Source: Vicugna vicugna (taxonomy: Eukaryota). From it: 64,000 bases of DNA. The DNA is taken from positions 372,001-436,000 of the forward strand of contig MU059825.1 of assembly GCA_013265495.1 (NCBI GenBank). The letters run 5' to 3'. The notes under the pieces are model-generated. The model was not told the origin of the DNA, made no database searches, and worked only from the letters and a program-made list of their open reading frames with translations. Positions 36,789 through 47,213 of the stretch are shown here, piece after piece. A program made the translations under genes and the position numbers. Each line of letters begins with the position of its first letter. The stretch's first letter is position 1.

Positions 36789-38544
36789 GTGAGCTGGTGG
36801 GCCTGGCCTGGGGCTGGGGGGAGGTGGGCAGCGGCAGCGGGCAGGGGACCAGAGGTGGGAGCCGGCTAGTTGCTCCCCCGAGCCCTCTCTTGCAGGATTG
36901 AGAGCGTCCCCCTCCCGTTCCTGGCGTGGGAGGATTCTGAGTCACGTGTGCCGCCCCGTGTCTCTAGCTGACCCTAAGTTGACGCGTGTTCAGGTTCCAA
37001 ACTGCAAAATCAAACGAAAAGCTCTAACAGTTGGTGCTGGCGAGACTGCAGGGAAAACGACAGGCCTGGGGTTGCTGACAGGGATGTGACTCACTTCAGC
37101 TTTGGGGGCCAGCAACCCGACAGCGTCAGTTAGAATTAAAATCCAGGTGTATGCGGACCCTGTGACCTTCCACTCTGAGAATACGCCCTGTGAGAAACAC
37201 AGGGGCCGGTTCAAAAGGCTGGTGTTGGCGGCGCTGCTGTGTGGGGCTTGGCAGTGGGGCTCAGTCGGATGCCCATCCGAGGGCGTGGCTGTGTCAGCTG
37301 TGGTGCATCATGCCCCAGGCCAGCACGACAGTATTAGAAGGGATAGTTCGGGTTTCCATCTGCTACCTCAGGGAGATTTGCATGGTGTGCTATTAAATGA
37401 GCAAATTGAGTTTTAGGGCAATAAGTATAGCCTGAGCTCTTGAACAGAGGATGAGAGAGAGAACACCAGGAGAAGAAAGAAAAGGCGAGAAAAGAGGGGA
37501 GGGAGAAGAAAGAACAGAAACCGGAGGGGAGGAGGGGCGGAGGGGACCAGGCAGCTCAGAAGGCGCGTCCCCACGGCACCTGTGATAAGAAAGTTAACCC
37601 GGCCCCGTTCTTAGCCTTCAGCCTTGGTCCTCCTGCTTCTCTCCAAATAGGTATGAAGCTTTCATCTTTATGGCCAGGGGCTCGAGGTCTTTGTGTGTAG
37701 CGCCCATCCTATACATTTCCTTCCTGAAGCCCGGTGTCCCCCACTCACAGGAGGGCAGCCAGCCCTTCTCCAGCCAGAGCGCAGCCTGACCGTTGGTGCA
37801 GGTGCTGGTCCCAGCCCCTGCACCTGCTCAGGCTGGGATGGGCTGCAGTCACTTTCTCCTCCACAGGGGGCGGGGGAGGGGCCCTCCAGGTCTGTGATCT
37901 CAAATAAAGGACAGGAGGTTGCCCCGCCTGGCTGGCGACAGGGATCCGTCAGAGTGGCTTTTCTCCTCCCGAGTTTATTGGCAGAGCGGGCAGCATCAGG
38001 CCAGTAACTCCTGAGGCTGTTTCTCTGATCGTGTACGGCAGCCTTGTATTAGGGCTGGGTTTCACTGGGCTGGCGCAGTGCATCTGCCACAGTCCTCTTC
38101 ACCCGTCATGAGAAGTTGGCTGGCACGCTGAGAGGCAGTATTTCATTAGCTGCTATCCAGAAAGGATATTGCCAGGACGCAGACAGCGGCATTACTCTTA
38201 TCTGCTCCCGCCATGCGGGGCGAGGGGGGCCTTCCGGCGCCCGGGAGACGCCTGCCTGGTACCTGCACCCCCGGAAGCCCCGTCCCCAGGCTGGGAGCAT
38301 CCAGACCGGATAAAAAGCCAGCAGAAGTACAAACATCGTCCAGCAAGGGCGACCGGTCGTTTTTCTCAGCAGAGCATCCTCCGAGGCAGGGTTTCACTTA
38401 CTAAGTCCTGACGCTGAGGGAAGTGCTCCAGAGCAGAGTCCATTCTTCAGCTCCTGCAGTGCCTCCTGGGCCTCATCCGGCGTCCTCTGCTCCTTTCCCC
38501 CGGATTCAGCCTTGTCCCTGTTTTGTTTTTTGAATATAGATTAC

Positions 38545-38830
38545 CATTATTGAAGTCTAGTCAGTTTCCAGTGTGTCCGTCTCTGGGGCACAGCACAGTG
38601 CTTCAGTCATACGTGAACATGCGTATATTCCTTTCATGTTCTTTTCCACCACAAGTGACTGAAAGATACCGAATATAGTACCCTGTGCTCTGCAGCATGA
38701 ACTTGTTGTTTGTCTGTTTTATAAACAGCAGTTGGTGTCTGCAGGTCTCAGACTCCCAGCTTGTGCCTTCCCGCCCTCTTCCCCTCCCCGGAAACCGTAA
38801 GCTTGTTTCTGTGCCTGAGAGTCTGTTCGG
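38545..38830 (-). mobile_element. Cetartiodactyl-type LINE-1 3' tail, antisense
   Basis: attgaagtctagtcagttt...gaatatagtaccctgtgctctgcagcatgaacttgttgtttgtctgttttata. Confidence 0.8.
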
Positions 38831-41800
38831 ACACGTTGATGCTTCATCGGCGGGGAGCAGAGGAAGGGAGCTGACGAAGTGCACGTGTGCCCGCTCCATG
38901 GCTTCTCAGAGCCCTGGTTCTTGTACAAAGTGTTAGACAGGCTGAGCCTCGAGTGGAGCGGGGCTGCTGAGTTCTTTCCGGGGTTCCTGTCTCTGATTCC
39001 TAGCAGGGACAGCCTCCGGGCTGCACTTGCTGTTGGGATCGCTCTCTCGCTCGCTCACTCATTCACACTCACACATTCGTGCACTCATGCGCGCACACTG
39101 ACTCACGCGCACACACACGCACGCGCGCACGGCACGCACTCAGCAAGTATTTGCTGGCTGCCACCCCTGTGTCGGCCGCTCAGCCGTTGTTCAGGAGACT
39201 GGGAACGCGTGCTGGACAGGAGGAGACCACGGCCCTCCAGAGTGAGACTGAGTGAATAAGGGCGTGGAGGCGTCTCAGTGAGCGGCAGACACCGGTGTGC
39301 AAGTGCTCGTGTCCTGCGACGGGAGGACAAAGCCTGGCCCTGGTCCCCCTACCACGATAAAAGTCACCAGAGCTCTCTGAGCTCCAGTTTGATTCCCATG
39401 AGACAGCAGGGTGCGGTCTCTCTAAGGAGCAGCCTGTTCCCTCGGACTGCAGCTTGCTTTACCTCTTAGCCTGCTCCAGGGGGGCCCGCCTCCGTCTCAC
39501 CAGGGCCGTGGTTCTTGTTAAGTCACCTGTGTGTGGACTCCGTTCTCAGTGGTCAGTGCCCTGCCCTCAGCCTCTCGGACCCAGCGGCACAGTTTGAGGT
39601 GGTCAGTCTCCCCATCCTCCAGGCTTCCAGGACTGCACCCTCTCAGTTTTCCTCCTTCCACCACCGTGCCCCCTTAACATCCTAGGTGCTCCCCAAGGCT
39701 CGTCCACAAACCACACCTCTTCTTGATCTGCACCCGTCCCCTCTGTGGTCTCTGGTCCCTTGGGTATAGGTACCACCTGGGCGCCGGCTCCCAGACTTAG
39801 ATCTCCAAGTCAGAGTCTGCCTCTGAACCCTACTTCTTCTATCCAGCCTTCCCTGAGACATCCCGCTGGGATGATCTGAAGCATGACGTCCCAAGTTGAA
39901 TTCCGGTCCAGCCTCCGCAGGCCCGCTCATCACGTGTCATGCCTGGCTCTCTGTTTGTGCAGCCTCTCTTTTTCCCCGGAGGTGACTGCCTCTTTCTGTG
40001 TGTTTGGTCTGTTCTCTGTGCACCCGTCACCTCCTTCTTCCCAGACTTTCTGCCAAAGCTGTAAACCCCTCCCAGGATGCCCATACTCTCCAAGGGAGGC
40101 GTTAATTCCATTGTCCTGGAGCCTCGTGCCTGGAGTCCGGGCTGGATGCTCGTAAGGGCAAAGCGGAGCTGGGCCTGGAGATTCCGTTCACCACCCTGGG
40201 AATTCCTGACTTCCTTTTACACCAGGAGCCTCTGCTTCCTGGACCCCCAATACTCCTTTTCGTGACGTACAGCTTGTGTGTAGGGAAGCCAGGGGTATAT
40301 TTTCCCCTGAGATGTAGGTGGATTTTTGCCACGTTTTCCAGTACTTGGAGGTGCCTTTGTGGTTGTAGCCTCCGCTCCAAACCTGGCCACCCTACGGGAG
40401 GTCTGGGCACTCGGCCAGCAGATGTCAGGGACGTGGAACCCAGTATCTTCCCCTGGGTGCCTCTCCGTCCTGGGACGCTCTGGCTTGTCCCTCTTTCCAG
40501 TGTGGTGGTTGGGAGTGGCAAGTGAAAGCACGTGTTGAATTAGAGATGGGTGGGTGCTCAGCTGCCCGAGGCAATTCTAATGAGAATCGAGGGAGATAAG
40601 GCCTTCCACCTGTCCTCCTCTCTGGTGGCTCGGTGGAGGCACAGCTCAGGAACGCAGAAGTCCAAGTAGAATGAGTCCCACCCATGAGGACTTCTCCGTG
40701 GGACACCTGCTTCACAGAGACCAGGGAGCCAGGCGCGCAGCCGAGACGCCTCACGTTCACGCATTCATTCAGCAAACAGTTCTTGAGGGTCGCGTGTCAG
40801 CAGTGTTTCAAGGGCTGACAGCCCAGCAGCGGCGAGCAAGACTGAGCCTGGGCTGTGACAGTGACAGTAGTGACAAGCTACACCATGACTGTTCCTCGTG
40901 TGGCAGGCTCTGGGCCCAGGGCCTCGGATGCACGTGTCACCTTCTGTAACCCCTGCCTGCCTCTGCCTCCTCCTCTCCTGTCGCCCTGCCTGCCCTCAGC
41001 CCTGGCCTCCTCTCCACCCCCAGACCGCCCCCTTCTCAGGTCTTCGCCCACAATGGCTGGTCCCCAGATAGTGGCAGAACTGGCTTGTTTTTGTCATTAA
41101 TGTCTCCCCACAGCCTCCCTGCCTGAATGGACTCCACCCCTTGTCCCGGCGCTCTCTGCTCTGCCACCTCACCCCATTGATTTACCTGTCTGCCTGTCGT
41201 CTGCCTCCAGAGTGGAGTGTCTGCACTCCTAGAGCACAGCCTGACACGCAGCAGTTGCTCAGCAGGTGATGCTCGGGAACGTTGAATGAATGAATGAATG
41301 AATGAGCGATCCAGGAAGAGTCCATCAGTGAGTGTAGTTCATGGTCATGTAGTGCTGCAGAGATTCTCAGGAACTTTGAATGAGTGAGTGAATCAACGAG
41401 TGAATGTATAAACAGAGATGCTCTTGTGTGAATGAATGGGAGATTTAGTAAGGTTGCATCAGTGGAGGTAGTTCATGGTCATCACATTATCAGGATGCTC
41501 AGGAACTCTGAATGAATGAATGAACGGGGAGAGCCAGTAAGATCCCGCCAGCTGAGGCAGTGCGTGGTCGCGGACCGTTACCGAGGTAACTGACGAGAAG
41601 TCCTGGGCGGCCCTCCGTAAGCGTGAGTGGCGGTGTCAGTCCGCCCCCGCTGTAGCCTGTGGGGTGCGGGTCCCCTACAGATGCGGGGCCTGGGGTTAGA
41701 GAGCGTACTCCTGGGCCCCTAGGGGCTGGGCTCCAGAACCCTGATGTCTCCCTGGGTAAATGGTGACCGGGGTCCAGCGGCGCTGGTTGCTTCCCCTTCC

Positions 41801-43611
41801 CAGCGTCCTGAGCAGAGGGCGTCCTTGACTTACTACCAGTAGCAGCTGTAATAACCCAGATGTACGAGCAGAAGGGTTTTCCCATATTTAAAGTTCACCT
41901 GCAGACCTGACCGACGTCACTGGTGTTTAAAATTCCTCTCCCAGTTGGGGAACGACTGCTCCCAGTTTTAAGGGCATTCCTGACACATGCGATGCTGAGA
42001 GAATTTGGACTCACCCTGCAGCTCATAAAAATGCTTTGCCTCCGTTTGAAGTGCTCCCCCTGGGGGTGTTGGGTTTAGCTGTCGTGCGTGGATGGCAGGG
42101 AGATCACGGGCTGGCGCTCTGGTTCATTCAGTGTCTCGGTTGCCCCTGTGACGCACTCCTGGAGTCCTGGCCCACGTTCACGGCTCCCTCAGCTCTGTGG
42201 ACCTCAGGGACCCTGGTGTGAGAATCTGCACACAGTGCTCGGTCCAGCTCCGCGAATCTCGCTCACTTTTCTGCAAAGCTGATATTAACAGCACCCACGA
42301 ATGACTGTTGCTCTACTCCATTTGAACCAGCGCCCGTTGTCCCAACCCCGTCACCAAGGTGCTTGGGTGGCTCATTGTGAAGTGCCCGGTCTGCCTGAGC
42401 TGAATGTCCAGAGCGCAGGCAACAGGGAATCGACTGCCCGCTCTGCACGGCGCTGACCCACGCAGACAGTGTGTTTGCTGCCATGTCGGCCCCCTGGGCC
42501 TCCAGCCCCTGGGGGACAGGCTCCTCCTTCTGACGGCAGGAGTCGCGGTCCCTCTCAAGTTTCACTGTAGGAAACCGTGTCTAAGTGAAGGTCTCAGCTT
42601 CCCCACGCATTGGCAGTGGCTCCCAAAATGAGCCTCGCAAGAGCTGTTGCTTAGATTCTGCGAGAATTCGGGGCTGCCAATTTGAACTGTTAATTTTAAC
42701 CAGCTATCCCGAGTGCCCAGATGGCCCAGCTTGCAAGTAGCCAGCAAAAACGAGCTCCTGACTTTTCACGCGGAGCCAGATCCCAGCTTGTCACGGCCAG
42801 CCTGGCCGTGTTACCACAGCCCACAGTGGAGTTCTTGGTGGTTCTTCACGCTGCCAGTGGAGAACTATCTTTGACTTGAGCGGCTCAGTCGCAGAGTTAT
42901 TTATATAATCCCTGTGTGTTCTCTGGCTCTTTGCCGCCCCCCCCCCCATTTTGTGATTTATTGTCGCTCCTGTGGGTTTTGCTTTGAAAGGAATGATTTC
43001 GAGCATTTGAAGACTGAGCTGAATTCAAGAATGGGCTAATTAATTTGCCGGGTTCTGTTCATGTCCCAGCTCTTGAAAGCCTCATTGGAAATACGTGCGA
43101 ATGAAATGCATATGAATGAACTCTGGCAAACTCAGGCTGCTTTTCATTTTGCGTCTGTGCCGAGGAAGCCAAACTCTTCCTTTCTTCCGTCCGACACATG
43201 GACGTTTGCATGTGAGATGTGGAAGCTGCTAAGACAGCTCTCACTGGCTTACTTAGGATGTTAATTTCGCTCCTGATTGTTCTCCAGGCACCTGGAGAAA
43301 ACGTTCCTCCGGAAATGAGAGTTTTCCATGCAAATCTCAGTTTAATGCACGGACTCTTTATTGGAGGTTGGTGTTTTGAGAGGCAGCTGCCCTGCAGCAT
43401 CAGGAGAACATCCTCGTTAACACTGAGTGTTTTTTAGCTTCCCGGGGCGTGTTTGTGAGACCAGGGAGCCCAGGCGGACAGGACGCATCGGCACGGCGAC
43501 GCGCTGCGGGCCTTCTCCTCTGTCTTCTGACGCCCTCCGCTCTCAGCGAACTTCGGTGTCTCCAGCTTTACAATGGGGGGTGTTGCGTCTTCAGCAGTTG
43601 ATGGTTGTGCT

Positions 43612-44015
43612 CATTAGGACTCTTGGTTTTAAGTGACCAAAAAAACACAAAAAGAGAATTTTAGTTGCACATTCAGCTGAAAATCTGGCTTCAAATATGG
43701 CTGGATCCAGGGCCCAGACCAGGTGGTCTAATTAGTTTGGTCAGATGGAGTTGAATCTAGCACCTCCTAAATCCCATCCGACCTCCACTGCTCTCCTGCC
43801 TCTGCTCTCCTCTGCCTTGGCTTCGCTTCCAGTTTCCACGCAGAGGCCCTGGCTGCCCTAGGCTTGCCCCTCATGGTGGCAAGATGGCTGCAGCTGCTCC
43901 AGACTCCCCTCCGCTCAGACTCAAGTCTCAGAGACAAGGGGCTCCCTTCCTCCCGAATTCCCAGAGTCTTTTTGTTCTGACTGGACTGTGCACTCACCTG
44001 TTAACCAATCACTGA
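43612..44015. mobile_element. MaLR LTR (MLT1J/K-like)
   Basis: ggcttcaaatatggctggatccagg...catggtggcaagatggctgcagctgctccag...ccaatcactg. Confidence 0.7.
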
Positions 44016-44816
44016 GAGCCTAGAACCATTCTCATGCACTTAGTGGATCCCCAGCAGTCAGGGTCTCTTCCTGGGACACATTTACAGATATTTAGTGTCA
44101 TCAGAGTGATAGAACTTCAGGGTCTGTGAAGACAAGAAGTATTTATGCTGCATCTCAGTTTTGTGTGACCTCACCATTTGGCCCAGGCAGCAGCTGTCCT
44201 GCGAGATTTCTTCCATGAAACTCATAGTTTCTTATTCTGTGGAGCAGATGGCTTTGTGTCAGGTAACTTGAAGAATGCATCCCCCCCACCTCCACTACAT
44301 CTGAGCCTCTGAGAGCCTGGCAGACACTCAGGACCCCTGGGACAGCCTCTCCTCAGGGCCTGGGCTATCTCAGCAGACCTTCAGTTATCCAGGGGTCAAG
44401 TTTGAGTGACTGCTTTTTCCCAAGCAGTCAAGGACATTTGAGAAGATGATGGCAGCCTGAGGCTTCGGGAAGCCTTATCTGGCTGTTCTGAGTTCAGCCA
44501 CCTTGTGTGTGTGACCCCTTCTCAAGAACAGCCTCAGGGCCTCCCAGCCTCCTGCACCAGTCGATCGCTCTTTGCCGGACTGGAGGAAAAACTTCCAGTT
44601 TTCACTAAGAGTGTCAAACCCAACCCAGATCCGTCCTGTCTTGCCCCAAGGGAGAAAAAAACGAGACCTGATCTAGAGCCTTACAGTTTAGAGGCTTTCT
44701 AGAGTACTGCGAACCAGCGACCCACACTCCCTGATAATTCAGGTACTAATCTCTGATTTCCTTCTCTTTTCCCCGCCTTTAAATGTTCCCTCTTGTCTTT
44801 TTATCGTTAAAAAAAG

Positions 44817-44867
44817 GCTCAGGTTGAAGCTAAGAAAGAGCATGAAGGCGCAGTGCAGCTGCTAGAG
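44817..44867 (+). CDS. RIMBP2: RIMBP2 51-nt cassette exon (AQVEAKKEHEGAVQLLE), phase 0-0
   Basis: Acceptor ...ttatcgttaaaaaaaag| and donor GAG|gtaagc. The peptide matches the insert I recall in longer mammalian RIMBP2 isoforms. Missed by the ORF track. Confidence 0.9.
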
Positions 44868-44949
44868 GTAAGCGAACCTTTCTTTTTGGGGATGGGAGAG
44901 GCGGGGGCTCACGTCGATGCCTCGTAGAAGAAATCGCTCACCTTTACCG

Positions 44950-45130
44950 ATTGCGCACCGGGTACCGGTTGCCAGTGCTGTCCTCCCATCGTCCCGTGTC
45001 AGCACAAGCAGCCTTGTGTGTGTAGGTGCCATGATGATTCCCATGTTACATGCCTGAAAGCCGGGCACAGAGAGGTTAAGCCGTTTTCCCGTGGCCACAC
45101 AGCCAGCTCAGAGCTGCGAGTCTCAGATGG
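44950..45130 (-). mobile_element. MIR SINE, antisense
   Basis: atgattcccatgttacatg...ggcacagagaggttaagccgttttcccgtggccacacagc. Confidence 0.6.
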
Positions 45131-46382
45131 GGTCCTCGGCTGACTCCTCTTGGATGGAAAGCAGGGAGGGTGAGCCCTCTCACTCGCAGGGATGACTTCC
45201 TCCTGGAGGGAGGGAGGACGGGCGAATCTGAGGGGAGTACTTGTCCTGACGAAGCACCTGGTCCCCGGGGAGGCGTTTGCAGGATCAGAGGGAGGGTGAC
45301 CGAGGGAATCACAGCAGTGAACGCCACGCGAGGTGCTGCCACGGGCGTTGTCCCCACAAGCACGGTGTGAATGACCCTCCCTAGCCACCCAGAGGCCTTT
45401 CTCACTGGCCCTGATGGCAGGGGTTTGTCAGGGAAGCGGTGTCAAGTCCCAGCGGTGTGGGTGGCGTGGCAGGATGGCCCCTCTTCTGTCCCAGCTGGTG
45501 GCCGGATGCCAGCCTCCTCAGGAGCCAGGGGAACTCACGGAATCACCTGGGGGGGCCTTGGCCGTTCAATTCCTTATGCATAGTAAGTGTGCATTAAGAG
45601 TGTATCCGCTGAAGATCAAGGTCACCCGGTTACTGACCCCTTGCTACAGACACAGCAGCGGGGGAGGCTGCACAGCGTGGGGCGCCCCTGTGGGGCCGCC
45701 TCCCCTAGTCCCACTCCATCAAGAAAGGCCAGAAGGGCCTTTCCCCTGGTCCTGCCTTCTGCAGATACGGGAAGCACTTGTCCTATTTAAGATGACCTTG
45801 TCCCTCGTCCCCAGGGGAACACGACCACTTAAAACAAAATATACGCATCTCGTATATTGCCTTTTAAAATCTGTTCCTCCCGCAGGAAAAGGTTTCATCA
45901 TTATCATCATCTGTATTAAAATTGATTTTTTTGAAAGCTTCCATTAGCTAATGAATACCTGGAGGGCTGAGAGTGAGAAATAGCAGGTGGGAAAATATAT
46001 AACCTGGGGGAGTGGAAGCAGAGCTCGTGGGGCCCATCCATCTCCCTGAAAAATCACGGCCTCCCTGGCCTGACTCACCCACTGCACTTTGATTTGCATA
46101 GTCTCGTGGCTGGAAGCGCAGTTTCTTTTTACTCCTTGCCCGAATCCCATTGGTTTGCTCGGCTGTGTTGTTTTAATCCACTTTCTGAGCTGCCGCTCCG
46201 TGACGGTCCCGCCGAAGTGGCGTCACCCGGTGCTGGGTGGCCGGGCATGCCCTGACACGTGGGGACAGGCAAAACGTGCTTTGGGTTGAAGAGCAGAGAA
46301 GGTGGTGCAGATGTGCTGAGACTCTGTCTTCTTCTGTCCCCAACACCTTCCTGTCCCTGCGTCTTGCTTTGCTCGCACCCAG

Positions 46383-46403
46383 AACACGCTGGACAGCATG
46401 CAG
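46383..46403 (+). CDS. RIMBP2: RIMBP2 21-nt microexon (NTLDSMQ), phase 0-0
   Basis: ~60-nt pyrimidine tract ending gctcgcacccag| and donor CAG|gtactt. It encodes one in-register heptad and resembles an NTLDxMQ insert I recall from rodent RIMBP2. Confidence 0.8.
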
Positions 46404-47023
46404 GTACTTCCGGGACGGACGTCTCCCCCCCCCCCCCCCCAGGCGTGCCCCTGGGCCTGCTCGGACCCGCTCTTCTCCCGAAAATGGGCAGCTCAGCGAG
46501 GTTCTGAGCAAATGGCAGCTTCCCGATGCCGTTGTGGGGGACGAGGGCCAGGGGAGCCAAGCTGCTTGTGGGAGCTCCGCCCCAGGGAGATGCTTCAATC
46601 TGGGCCTTGGGGCCCGACGGTCTGTCCTCTGAAGGGATGAGCAGGCCCAGCGCAGCGCAGCCGGCTTCCGTTTTCTGCCAAGGCTGTAACTTTCAGGCTG
46701 GAAGAGTGTCTGTGACTTCCGATGACCACGGGGAGGAGAGATCGTTAGCACGGTTCTGCCCACCGTGGGGCCAGCCACGTGCTTGCGAGCCCAGATTCCA
46801 GGGGCATGGTCATCGGAATGCAAACCTTGCACCTGAACGTCCCGCATTCCCGCCCCGTGTGGCTCCAGCGGGCCAGCGAGCCCCTCCTGCCTCCTCCAGC
46901 GGGCAGCGCCTGGGGAGGAAGGGAAACTGGGCTGTCCCTCCAAACAGGGTTTTGAGCCTCTTCCAAAACTCTGAGTTTGGCTGTGAATTTGCAGAAAACC
47001 CGACAGCTTTCCTCATTGCTAGA

Positions 47024-47213
47024 TGGGTGGTTCTCAAAGCGGGGTTCCTGGACCTGCAGTGTTGGCATCACTGGGGAGCTTGCTCCGAATGCAACTCCTC
47101 AGGATGAGCCCTGGGCCTGCGGAATCGGGAGCCTGGGGCTGGGGACAGAGGCCTGCGCTTTAACCAGCCCTCCGGGCAGTCTGACGCAGCAGCTGTCGTT
47201 TAGGGAGTCTGCT
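47024..47213. mobile_element. MER5A-like hAT-Charlie MITE
   Basis: gtggttctcaaagcgggg...catcactggggagcttg...ctttaaccagccctccgggcagtctgacgca. Confidence 0.7.
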
